Positions 1 through 8,985 of a stretch of DNA of 28,064 nucleotides are shown here, one piece after another. This stretch comes from a virus (Duplodnaviria; Caudoviricetes). The notes under the pieces are model-generated. The model was not told the DNA's origin and searched no databases. It saw nothing but the letters and a program-made list of their open reading frames with translations. The stretch's first letter is position 1. Every line of letters begins with the position of its first letter. Location: positions 1-28,064 of the IMG/VR virus record IMGVR_UViG_3300037520_000818; one strand, 5' to 3'. Both the position numbers and the translations under genes were made by a program.

Positions 1-79
1 CCGATAAATCCATAATAGCCTTACTTATTCCGCTAAGAATAGCAAACACAATAGATAATATGATTAAGGCTATTGTCAT
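1..79 (-). CDS. Partial CDS (5' end), predicted membrane protein MTIALIILSIVFAILSGISKAIMDLS...
   Basis: Read by hand. The ATG at 79 overlaps the TAA of the upstream ORF (TAATG). Hydrophobic N-terminus; runs off the window edge. Confidence 0.7.
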   Translation of the reverse strand, partial: MTIALIILSIVFAILSGISKAIMDLS

Positions 80-300
80 TAAGCGTTAAGTTCTGCAATG
101 TAATTATTGATAGCAGTTTCCCTTTGTAAGTCAACTTCATATCCTGTTTTACTTTGATGACTTTCAACAGTTATCCACTTGGTGAAATTCGGTATTACTC
201 CGTTATTATCTTTAACTGCTAATGAAATCAACACACTATACTTATCATTCTCAAGTGTTGTTTCTGCGCTTATCTGTGTTTCTATAATTTCGTATCTCAT
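79..300 (-). CDS. Hypothetical protein (73 aa), possible fibre-associated protein or chaperone
   Basis: ATG ORF tightly packed after the fibre-like gene. Function guessed from position only. Confidence 0.65.
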   Translation of the reverse strand: MRYEIIETQISAETTLENDKYSVLISLAVKDNNGVIPNFTKWITVESHQSKTGYEVDLQRETAINNYIAELNA

Positions 301-312
301 ATTTTATTCTAT

Positions 313-1446
313 TTACATATTTGAATGTGAAAACTTACGCCATCCTGTCCCGTCGTAAAAACAAAGTTCATGCAATGTTGTATTATATACTATTAAACCC
401 TCCGCTGGAGATACTATGGCGTTAATTTCCGTTGTTGTCATTCTCGGTGGTAAAAACCCCATTGTAGTACTGTTTATCTGTAACTTAGCACTTGCAACTG
501 GAGATGTCGTACCTATGCCAACACTTCCTAATGCTGCCGTTGTACTTCCTTTTATAGTAAGAATTTCCGAAGGAGTGAATGAACCAAATCCACCCGCTTG
601 ACCTGTATTTCCACAAAAATCCATTTGACCATTTGCCGTTTTTATTACGTTTGAATAAGTCAACTCACCTCTGTACGAACCGCTTATATAATCGCCATTA
701 AATACAATTGCATTCGTACCAGATGAAGGTTTTGCAAAAGTCAAATAATTGCTTCCTGTGGTAGTAACTACACAAACTGGTGATGTGCTTGTACTAATCA
801 TTATATTTTGTGATGTCCCAGCATCATATTGTAAAAATCCACTTAATGAACCAATACGCTGTGTATTAGATAAAAAGTTAATAAATGAACCCGATACCAG
901 TTGAATATTACCAGCCGTTATGTTAAGCGCATTATTAGTTGTCGCACCACTCGCAGTTAATTGTAAAGCTATATTTGTGCTTGTCGTTCCTGTGTGTGTG
1001 TTGCTGAATATACCTGTTCTTGTTGTCTGCCCTGAAGTTGCATTAGCACCCCTTGATATAGCTGTAAAAACGTTCTGTAAGCTACTCGCTGCCGTTGTGC
1101 TTACTGTTTCTAAAACGAAAGCACTATCAGCACCTATTGAGTTCCATTGCCAACGTTGTTTATAGTTAGTATTGTTAATTGTATTCGTTGCCGTTGCCGA
1201 AGTTAAACCGCTTAATGATGCACCGCCCCCGCCTATTGAATCTTGAACCGCATATCTAACTCCTGAAATTGCAAACACGATACTATCTTTTGCACTGTTT
1301 TTGTAAATGGTATCAACAACCCGACCACCAACGGATATAGTAATATTACCTGAACTATCAGCATTAACATTATTTACCGACTTAGCTAAATAAGACTGCG
1401 AATAAGCAACGTTAAAAAAAAACAATATAAATATTAATCTTTTCAT
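313..1446 (-). CDS. Tail fibre-like protein (377 aa) with N-terminal Sec signal peptide
   Basis: MKRLIFILFFFNVAYS|Q. Gly/Ser/Thr/Asn-rich body. C-terminal VGIGTTSP..SAKLQINSTTMGFLPPRMT...SPAEGLIVYNT...YDGTGW motif typical of Bacteroidota and phage fibre proteins. Located after the tail genes. Confidence 0.75.
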   Translation of the reverse strand: MKRLIFILFFFNVAYSQSYLAKSVNNVNADSSGNITISVGGRVVDTIYKNSAKDSIVFAISGVRYAVQDSIGGGGASLSGLTSATATNTINNTNYKQRWQWNSIGADSAFVLETVSTTAASSLQNVFTAISRGANATSGQTTRTGIFSNTHTGTTSTNIALQLTASGATTNNALNITAGNIQLVSGSFINFLSNTQRIGSLSGFLQYDAGTSQNIMISTSTSPVCVVTTTGSNYLTFAKPSSGTNAIVFNGDYISGSYRGELTYSNVIKTANGQMDFCGNTGQAGGFGSFTPSEILTIKGSTTAALGSVGIGTTSPVASAKLQINSTTMGFLPPRMTTTEINAIVSPAEGLIVYNTTLHELCFYDGTGWRKFSHSNM

Positions 1447-3338
1447 ATAATCTCATTAATTACATAAGTTAAACCATTGTAATATGTATAGTAAACACTT
1501 CCGTTACTGCCTTTAAAAATTGTTTTAGCGTAACTTGTATCAAATAGTTCAGGGTATAATGCTTCAGAAATTATCTTACTTTCCACTAAACAATCTATTC
1601 TTATATTTCCAAAATCTGAAGAACCTGAAGTTCCTGTTATAGTGCAATCTTTAAAGCCTATTTTTACAGATTGGTGTGAAATACCATTTATAGTTTCAAC
1701 ATTACAATTAGAACGAGTTTGAACCCATGCACACTCATTTACACCGCTAAAATCACCATCAATATTACAAGCGTACATATATATACCAACACACCAATAC
1801 AACCTACCTTGTATAGTATCGTATAAATAACCACTTTGAAATATACGGTCTATCAATCCATCTACTTCCGTATAATTAAAGTTTGTACTTACCACCTTGT
1901 TTACTGCACTATGAAAAATAGAATTGCTCCAAGAACCCTCACCACTATACTGCAAAATAGAATCAAAAACACATTCTATTATTTCTAATTCAAAATTTTG
2001 TATAAATTCACCTCCGAAATTAGAAGCTAAAATAGTGTTTCCTGTATTCTGCGTTACCTCTCCGTTAAAGTATGAAGCAGCAAAATAATTATTACTATTT
2101 TGATAAACATTATCTTTAAAAAAAGATGCTGGAAATTCAACAGCATTAATACCAAAAGACAGTCCATATTCTTTTGTAAACGGCATATCATTACCTGTAA
2201 CTAATTTTGATAAATCAAAAAATAACTGTTCTGTTGAATCATTATAATTTACCATCAAAACTTTTCTGAAATCAAAATAAGTAGAGTTCCCATTTGCATC
2301 TTTACGATAAGTTATCTTTCCCTTACATGGCGCACCATTTATATAAGTAGTATCTATCGTAATATCGTAATGAATTATATCAGTAGGAAAGTCTAATGAA
2401 CTCACTATTGGTGAAAATGTACTATCTGAATTTGCTACTAAAACTATCACTTCACCACTCGCAGTTTTAGTTACTGCACTTAATGACTGGTCATAAATGG
2501 TTGCAAAGTCTGTTAACTTGTAAGTAGCGCCCTCAACTAAAGTATGTGCTGACATTTGCGCTCTAAGTTGTGCATACGTTCTATTAAAGTAAATTGAATC
2601 ATTAATCAAACTCCAAACTGCATTAGCCGTTGTAGCATCCGTACATAAATAAGTTGTATTGTCATCTAAAGTCCATAAGCTACCAATTCCATATCCTTTT
2701 AAATTGTCATCATTTACAGTAGGTGTAGTGGTGAAGTTATATAGCGATTGTCTTATTGTATTACCATTACTGCCCATTACATACAACCGCCCCGCTTCCC
2801 ATTTTAATTCGTAACCAACCGCACATATTTGAGCAATACCATTAACGCCACCCAATCCAGCATCAATAGTTCCCTTTTTTAACATTGAACCATTATCTAA
2901 AATAATAGCATCACCATTTGATATACTGATATTAAAACCGCCTGTTGTATTTCCGTTTGTAAGTGTTTGTTGCAAATCTTGCGAACCGCCACCCCCGCCC
3001 GAACTATCTATAATAGCATATCGAATACCATTAATCTTAAATATTAAGCTATCTAAATTTCTGTAAAGTGTATCTACTTTACGTATCGAACGAACCGCAC
3101 TAATTGAGTCATTTAAAGTACTTTGTGTTACACCTGAACCTGAAAACGTTTGCCATGTTGCACGACCGTTTGCATCCGAAGTTAAAACCTTTCCATTGGA
3201 TGCACCTTTTATTAAATAGATTGCACTATCAAAACGCACACCCTTTGCAAACCATGTCGAATCCCTGAACTTATTAACTATCTGCGACTGTGCAGACAAT
3301 GAAAATAATAATAATAATATTGTCGTTAATTTTCTCAT
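1443..3338 (-). CDS. Tail fibre/spike-like protein (631 aa) with N-terminal Sec signal peptide
   Basis: MRKLTTILLLLFSLSAQS|Q. Fibre motifs GKVLTSDANGRATWQ and GGGGGSQDLQQTL. C-terminal Asn/Phe-rich region suggests a beta-helix. ATGA overlaps at both ends. Confidence 0.75.
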   Translation of the reverse strand: MRKLTTILLLLFSLSAQSQIVNKFRDSTWFAKGVRFDSAIYLIKGASNGKVLTSDANGRATWQTFSGSGVTQSTLNDSISAVRSIRKVDTLYRNLDSLIFKINGIRYAIIDSSGGGGGSQDLQQTLTNGNTTGGFNISISNGDAIILDNGSMLKKGTIDAGLGGVNGIAQICAVGYELKWEAGRLYVMGSNGNTIRQSLYNFTTTPTVNDDNLKGYGIGSLWTLDDNTTYLCTDATTANAVWSLINDSIYFNRTYAQLRAQMSAHTLVEGATYKLTDFATIYDQSLSAVTKTASGEVIVLVANSDSTFSPIVSSLDFPTDIIHYDITIDTTYINGAPCKGKITYRKDANGNSTYFDFRKVLMVNYNDSTEQLFFDLSKLVTGNDMPFTKEYGLSFGINAVEFPASFFKDNVYQNSNNYFAASYFNGEVTQNTGNTILASNFGGEFIQNFELEIIECVFDSILQYSGEGSWSNSIFHSAVNKVVSTNFNYTEVDGLIDRIFQSGYLYDTIQGRLYWCVGIYMYACNIDGDFSGVNECAWVQTRSNCNVETINGISHQSVKIGFKDCTITGTSGSSDFGNIRIDCLVESKIISEALYPELFDTSYAKTIFKGSNGSVYYTYYNGLTYVINEII

Positions 3339-3616
3339 GTGTATATTATTCTTATTTTTGCGCCTGTGTCTGCTACCGAATCAAAAAGCACATTTCCTGT
3401 CATTATATTAAAAGCAAAATAATCCTCATCTATAATCTGAGAGTCAATAGATATTTGCAAAATAGTTCTTCCTATTAAATTAGAACTTGTATATGAATTT
3501 GTATTAGTTCCTGTAATTTTTAATAACTCAACAGATGAACCACCGCCACATTCAGAAACAACAATTGTTACATTTTCACATTGTTCTATAACTTCTATGT
3601 TTATACTGTCACTCAT
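3335..3616 (-). CDS. Small tail/baseplate-associated protein (93 aa)
   Basis: Coupled by ATGA overlaps to the BppU-like gene and the first fibre gene. Acidic beta-rich N-terminus, GGGSS linker, small C-terminal domain. Confidence 0.6.
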   Translation of the reverse strand: MSDSINIEVIEQCENVTIVVSECGGGSSVELLKITGTNTNSYTSSNLIGRTILQISIDSQIIDEDYFAFNIMTGNVLFDSVADTGAKIRIIYT

Positions 3617-3945
3617 TGCGTTATATTTTGAACAACTGGTAAAATATTTTCATAGTATATTTCAACACGTCCGCTTAGCCACGTAAACTTAATGTCAAAA
3701 TACCAATCCCCTACTTCCCAGTTAATTATTTCACCTTCTAATAGTGAGAATTGTCCGTTTACGGAATCTGTTTTTTCTATACCATTGCCAACACTAAATT
3801 TATGTACCTTGCATCCTGTTTTACTGCCTAAACGAAAGTGTGCATTGATTTCGATATTAGTCAAATCCAATGCCACTCCGTTTATTGTAACAGTAAAACA
3901 TAAACCATCAAAGGTAGTTGTCTTTTTGTGTTTTTTTAAGCTCAC
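3613..3945 (-). CDS. BppU-like baseplate upper protein N-terminal domain (Ig-like); likely start GTG 3945
   Basis: Pattern TF...V..NG..LDLT...I...FR...G..F...GDWYFDIK..W.SG.V..Y. The GTG overlaps the tail-tube stop (TAGTG), which is more plausible than the TTG at 3966. Confidence 0.6.
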   Translation of the reverse strand: MSLKKHKKTTTFDGLCFTVTINGVALDLTNIEINAHFRLGSKTGCKVHKFSVGNGIEKTDSVNGQFSLLEGEIINWEVGDWYFDIKFTWLSGRVEIYYENILPVVQNITQ

Positions 3946-4502
3946 TATACTACAAGTTGAAAGCAATCAAAAATATCTTCAGGACTTTCTAAAGGACACA
4001 CTGGAACTTTTTGAAACCATGTATTCTCAACCATCCAAACAACATCCTCTTCTAAATTTTCAGTTACGGCATTGTTTGTAAATACAGATACTGGCTTATC
4101 GCTAATGTGTAATAACGTTTCTGTTTTGTAAGCTAAAAACCATGCACGAGATTTTTCAAGTTCTGTAAAGAAAGAACAGTTATCTACATAGTTAGGGTCT
4201 TTAAACGCTACTACATAATTACGACCTGTTACTTGTTCTTTTTGGTCTCCGTAACCTGCGCCTGCTACCTTTTCACCACCGTTTGACGTTCCGCTAACTT
4301 CAGGAATGATACGAATTAAACCGCTTTCAATTCCTGCTTGCCATAACGCTGTGTCGTTTGGTGCTGCCTGAATAATAGACACATAGTCTTTATGAATATA
4401 AGCCGCTGAACGTACACGACCTTTTTCAAATTCTGAACATGGATTACACACGTGTTCAGGTACTTCTGATTCGCATGATGCGCCTGGATAATAAACACTC
4501 AT
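3945..4502 (-). CDS. Putative major tail tube protein (185 aa)
   Basis: Size and position after three neck/terminator-sized genes. Cys-containing N-terminus. Confidence 0.55.
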   Translation of the reverse strand: MSVYYPGASCESEVPEHVCNPCSEFEKGRVRSAAYIHKDYVSIIQAAPNDTALWQAGIESGLIRIIPEVSGTSNGGEKVAGAGYGDQKEQVTGRNYVVAFKDPNYVDNCSFFTELEKSRAWFLAYKTETLLHISDKPVSVFTNNAVTENLEEDVVWMVENTWFQKVPVCPLESPEDIFDCFQLVV

Positions 4503-4513
4503 TTTTTATTAAT

Positions 4514-5095
4514 TTAATTTGATGAATAATTGTTACAAATCGTTTCGCATACGTCTAAACATTTACGTCTATATGTATGTCTTATATTATAGTCAACTCT
4601 AAACATAAATAAATCAGGCATTCCCGTATAGTCTGCAAATTCTGTATTTATTATTTGATTTGAGTTGTAATCTATTCTGTTTTGAATTAAGTTAGCCACG
4701 CTTCTCCCTTCTAATTTAAAGCTGTCAGGAATAGCACCTGTCACGAACTGCGAAAGTGTTGAACTATCTTGTTTTAGCTTTATTCTGTTACCGACAACAA
4801 ACATTGAAAGTCCGTAACTATCTGTTATCTCTTTGTTTGATTCTCCGTATTGCTGTGATTTATATACGGGTGTTTTATCATTTAGCCTATGATATACTTG
4901 CAATCCTAACGTATTGTCTAAAGCTATTTTTATGCATTCTCCAAACTCGTTAACTACATTTGGTTGGAGTGTTATAGTATTATCATCTTCAATAGGAACT
5001 AATTCTGTTAATCCATAAAAGTTAGCATCGTATTTTTTTACGATTGCTTTCTCTTTTATTGAGTCGTTAACGAGTTTAATTAGTTGTTCTATCAT
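4514..5095 (-). CDS. Putative tail terminator/completion protein (193 aa)
   Basis: Directly upstream of the putative tail tube gene. Called from synteny. Confidence 0.45.
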   Translation of the reverse strand: MIEQLIKLVNDSIKEKAIVKKYDANFYGLTELVPIEDDNTITLQPNVVNEFGECIKIALDNTLGLQVYHRLNDKTPVYKSQQYGESNKEITDSYGLSMFVVGNRIKLKQDSSTLSQFVTGAIPDSFKLEGRSVANLIQNRIDYNSNQIINTEFADYTGMPDLFMFRVDYNIRHTYRRKCLDVCETICNNYSSN

Positions 5096-5606
5096 TTAGA
5101 TAATTGTTTACAATTTCGTCTTTTAACTGCTCCTCATGCTTTGATAACTTAGTTAAAATCTGCTTTTTATATTTCTTTTCAAGCCATGTCAACTTTTCAA
5201 AATTAAAATCGTTTTGGTAGCCTATTGCATATCCGTATGGTATCTTTATTGGATTGCGTTCACAAATAGACATATCATTTTCCATTTGTCGAGTTAATGA
5301 TAAAATTACTTTTGTGTCACTTGTCCTGTTATACTTTTTTCGTGCATTACCTTTGTTAACACCTCTTACAATTTTAGAACTTTTAAAATTACCTGTTCGC
5401 ACTTTCATGTATTCACTTGAATAAGTACCGATTTGGTTATCATTAGAATCTTTGCCTTGCACGTGTACTCTATCACGCATCATTCCTGTCAATGTACTTG
5501 CAATAGTTCTTAATAGCTTATCCGTTTCCTGTGGACTTGCCTTACCTTTTAAGTCTGCTTTAATTGCATCTAATACATCTTTTCCGTTGCTGTTAAACGC
5601 TATCAT
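5076..5606 (-). CDS. Putative neck/virion morphogenesis protein (176 aa)
   Basis: Basic protein with RVHVQG...IGTYS..Y...R and VILSLTRQMEND segments resembling tail-completion/virion morphogenesis proteins. Synteny fits. Confidence 0.55.
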   Translation of the reverse strand: MIAFNSNGKDVLDAIKADLKGKASPQETDKLLRTIASTLTGMMRDRVHVQGKDSNDNQIGTYSSEYMKVRTGNFKSSKIVRGVNKGNARKKYNRTSDTKVILSLTRQMENDMSICERNPIKIPYGYAIGYQNDFNFEKLTWLEKKYKKQILTKLSKHEEQLKDEIVNNYLNDRTTN

Positions 5607-6559
5607 GGCATTACATATTCAGTTCCTGAAATCTCTAAACACTCTATACAATAATCATTATCAATTCTAATACTATCGTTTGCCGTTTGTAAAAACTCCG
5701 TATAATCAGTAGTGTACATTTGCAATAACTCTTCAGCACGTTTTTTGTCAACCGTTGTAAATCTGTTTACTCTATCTGAATAAATACGTTCACGCATTAA
5801 TTCCATTCCTAAAGCATATAAATAAGCATCTGAATAAACATCTATATTGGCGCAAAGAATCGAGTCATATAAGCATCTTAAAGACACGTCAACTTTTAAT
5901 CCGTAAGTGTTATTAACTTGTACTATATCGTCTATTGTATCGAACTGTATAGCTTGTTTAAATACATCGTCACAATCATCGCAGAGGCAATCACACAAAG
6001 TATCATCAAATACAAGTTTCTTAACTTCTTCAAATACTGAACTATCATAAGCAACAACTATATCTAATGTATCGTAAGACTTATTTACATAAATCTCATT
6101 CCATCCTATTTTAGTTATTAACGCTTGACTGTACAATAATATCTTATCGGAATAAATATAGATAGTAGTAATTTGCTCTTCTAATGCATACAAGTAAACT
6201 TTGCTTACATGAAATCTTAGTAACTCGCTTTCGCATTCAAAAGACTGAAGCCTAACACCATTTTTTAAATTCAAAGAACTTGTTGTATCTCCTAATTCTC
6301 CATTTGTAAAGTATGTATTTACAATTTTTTTAAAATTGTATTGCGTTTTCATATATGCTAACACATCCTTACTTAAACGTGAAATTGCTCTTTTTTGTAC
6401 ATCTGCAAACACACCTAAAAATGATAACTGATTTGCATTTGCAACAGCATCTATGTTTTGAAGGGTAACACCAGCGAGGTCTGTTAAATATTTGCCACTA
6501 ACGGATTCTTCCGTTTGACAGTTAACTCCAACACCAATGTACCCTTCTAAACATTTCAT
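5603..6559 (-). CDS. Putative head-tail adaptor with inserted beta domain (318 aa)
   Basis: First gene after the major capsid gene. Helical N- and C-terminal segments flank a beta-rich middle. Contains a CDCLCDDC cluster. Confidence 0.5.
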   Translation of the reverse strand: MKCLEGYIGVGVNCQTEESVSGKYLTDLAGVTLQNIDAVANANQLSFLGVFADVQKRAISRLSKDVLAYMKTQYNFKKIVNTYFTNGELGDTTSSLNLKNGVRLQSFECESELLRFHVSKVYLYALEEQITTIYIYSDKILLYSQALITKIGWNEIYVNKSYDTLDIVVAYDSSVFEEVKKLVFDDTLCDCLCDDCDDVFKQAIQFDTIDDIVQVNNTYGLKVDVSLRCLYDSILCANIDVYSDAYLYALGMELMRERIYSDRVNRFTTVDKKRAEELLQMYTTDYTEFLQTANDSIRIDNDYCIECLEISGTEYVMP

Positions 6560-6581
6560 ATATAAGTATGTTTTTTAAATC

Positions 6582-7712
6582 TTAATAACCGCCATCACAA
6601 GAATCGCAATCATTAGTTACGTTGTACAATAAAGAACCTCTATTTCCTGTTAAAGGGTCTTCAGCTCTATACGCTGTACTTGGAATAGTCCACAAACCGA
6701 AGTTTAAAGACAAAATCATATTCCATCCTTTTTGTAAAGTTTCTGTTTCACCATCAACTGTATAATCAGCTTCACAATCGTTAAACTTAAACTGTACGTC
6801 AACTGGCATTGGTGCAACTTGAATGCCACCATTTGCAGTCATTGTAGTATAAGGCAATTTGATGTAATCAAAAATTGCAGTTCCTAAGTCACGTCTTTTG
6901 AAACCTTGATATTTCAAGTAAGTAACTAATTGGATTGCATCTTTTTCGTAAACTAATAAATCGTTAGCGTCTCCGATTGTTTCTACTTCATTGTCATAGA
7001 AGAAATCAAAACCGCCTGCTTGTGTACGTGTATCCAATCCGTTTTGAGCCGTTTGTTTAGCAGCTTGTTGCATGATATAGTTGTTAAACAAACCTCCACC
7101 TACTGCAATCGGTTTACCACCCATGTTGTTTAACTTGTAATCAGAAAGAATCTGTGTTGCTCCATCAGTTAAAGAGTTGAAGTTTGTATCCTTCCCGATG
7201 TTGATTGTTGACGCTGTTGTTAATCCTGTACGTCTATTTTTACCTAAATTTGCATAAGCTAAAGTTAATAAGTCGCTATTTACTGCACTCATTAATCCGT
7301 TTGCTGCTAATAAAGTTTCAATTGCAAACTCTTCAACTACTGCTGCATTTCCTATCATAGCAGGATTTGAAGCCGCCTTTTCGTAAGCTGCAATAACTTC
7401 ATCTTCGATGTGGATTGCAATTTGTCGGTAGTTAGCAACACTTACTGCATCCTCTGTGTAACCGTTTACATTCGTAATCTCACATGAAGGAGTTGTTTCT
7501 GTTTGTGCTGCTGTGTAGCGTTTTTTCTTCTTAACTTGTACAGCGTTAAAATGACCGTTCATTAAGTCATATTTAATATTGCTGATACCATAAGAATGTG
7601 CCGTAAGTAAGGATTGTAAGAATCCAGGCATTTCTATTTTGTTTTGTGGAGTTGCTGATTTAGCAATCTTTGCTATATCCTCCAATAAATAAGGTGCGAA
7701 ACCGTTTGCCAT
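6582..7712 (-). CDS. Major capsid protein (376 aa)
   Basis: Size fits, and it follows a coiled-coil scaffold gene in portal-minor capsid-scaffold-MCP order. Ala/Gly/Asn-rich. Confidence 0.8.
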   Translation of the reverse strand: MANGFAPYLLEDIAKIAKSATPQNKIEMPGFLQSLLTAHSYGISNIKYDLMNGHFNAVQVKKKKRYTAAQTETTPSCEITNVNGYTEDAVSVANYRQIAIHIEDEVIAAYEKAASNPAMIGNAAVVEEFAIETLLAANGLMSAVNSDLLTLAYANLGKNRRTGLTTASTINIGKDTNFNSLTDGATQILSDYKLNNMGGKPIAVGGGLFNNYIMQQAAKQTAQNGLDTRTQAGGFDFFYDNEVETIGDANDLLVYEKDAIQLVTYLKYQGFKRRDLGTAIFDYIKLPYTTMTANGGIQVAPMPVDVQFKFNDCEADYTVDGETETLQKGWNMILSLNFGLWTIPSTAYRAEDPLTGNRGSLLYNVTNDCDSCDGGY

Positions 7713-7764
7713 TTTTTTAGTATTTAAAATTGTTAATAATCTTTGAATACTAATATGGTCTATA

Positions 7765-8634
7765 CTATGGTATCTTTAAATTGTCGAATGCTGAAAAATC
7801 TACCTGTGAATGACCGCTATTAGTAGGGTCTGGTGCAAACAATGGATTGCTTTTTTGTGGCGTTCCGTCATTTGTTGCCAGAAGTTTTTTATTGAGTAAA
7901 ACTCCCTTTGTAAAATCCTCGTAAGAGGTTTTGTTGTTGCGTTCATCAAGATAATCGAGAGACGTGTCATCTGCTCTTTTCAGCTCGAATTTGCCAATTT
8001 CTGTGTTGTATATTCTTTTAGCTCCCTTTGCAGTAAGCTCGTTGTTTATATGGTAATCAGCTAACAATAGGTTTTCTTCTATTGATTTGCTTTTATCGTA
8101 TTCTAATCCTTGTAAAAAAAACTTATGTTGCAATTTTTCAATTTCTGCAAACTTAGAGTTTTTTTCCTTTTCAATCTCTTGTAGATAGTTAGTTTCTTTT
8201 GCTTTAAAGTCGTTTACTAATCTATCAATTTCATCTTGTGCTTTCTTAGCCTTTCCGTCATCGCCTTTGCCTTCTGCACTCGCTTTCTTAGCTTCAAGTT
8301 CTTTTATCTTTGCTAATGCTGTTCTAACACGTGCTGGAGTTGATTTAACACCTAATAATTCATTTCTTACACTTTCATCTTCTATCAATTCTTCTAAGGC
8401 TTCTTTTAGCTGTGCATCTACTCCATTTAATCCTAACGCTGTAAAGTGTTGTTTAAGTGTGTAGTTTTGTTTTGCACTTTCAATATCGTACAGATTGCTT
8501 TCCAATTTTGTAGAAATCTCATCTGAAATTTCAACTTCCTTTATAGCTTCTAATGCTTTAAGATAGCTTTCATCTGTAATATCGACACCTGCTTTTTTAG
8601 CCAAACTGTCAAATAAAGTTTTAAGTTTATTCAT
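7765..8634 (-). CDS. Capsid scaffolding protein (289 aa)
   Basis: Highly charged coiled coil with a Pro/Gly low-complexity C-terminal tail, immediately upstream of the capsid gene. Confidence 0.7.
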   Translation of the reverse strand: MNKLKTLFDSLAKKAGVDITDESYLKALEAIKEVEISDEISTKLESNLYDIESAKQNYTLKQHFTALGLNGVDAQLKEALEELIEDESVRNELLGVKSTPARVRTALAKIKELEAKKASAEGKGDDGKAKKAQDEIDRLVNDFKAKETNYLQEIEKEKNSKFAEIEKLQHKFFLQGLEYDKSKSIEENLLLADYHINNELTAKGAKRIYNTEIGKFELKRADDTSLDYLDERNNKTSYEDFTKGVLLNKKLLATNDGTPQKSNPLFAPDPTNSGHSQVDFSAFDNLKIP

Positions 8635-8637
8635 AAA

Positions 8638-8925
8638 TTATTTTTCTGTGTTATCAGACTCGTTTTGTGTTTTAGCACCTCTTTTATCTTTCATTGCCTC
8701 TAATTCAGCAACTCTTTGTTTTAACAATGCATTTTCTTTAACTGCATCCTGCGCTTCTTTCGGTGTTACAACTTTTATCAGTAAATTATTTTTTTCTGAT
8801 TTTAAGCCGTATTGCCATCCTGTCTTTCTTTGTGCTTTGTGTAACTCTTTTAGTGAATTTATTCCTTTCTCACTAAATTCGTATATGTTTTTTTCTGTGT
8901 CTATTGCTATGAAATCCTTAGCCAT
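8638..8925 (-). CDS. Hypothetical protein (95 aa) with C-terminal coiled coil
   Basis: ATG ORF with an A-rich leader inside the head module. Confidence 0.7.
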   Translation of the reverse strand: MAKDFIAIDTEKNIYEFSEKGINSLKELHKAQRKTGWQYGLKSEKNNLLIKVVTPKEAQDAVKENALLKQRVAELEAMKDKRGAKTQNESDNTEK

Positions 8926-8985
8926 TTAAAATATTTTGTGTAAATTTAATTAATAGTTTTGTATGTATTTGTTCTACTTAGTAAA

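Noticed and set aside
313-3338. Diversity-generating retroelement or invertible fibre cassette
   Set aside because: I saw no reverse transcriptase, invertase, adenine-mismatched repeat pair or inverted crossover sites in the window.
313-3338. The signal-peptide genes as host genes flanking a prophage end
   Set aside because: They are ATGA-coupled to the tail genes and share their strand and composition. No type IX secretion C-terminal domain is evident, and tightly packed phage-like ORFs follow.
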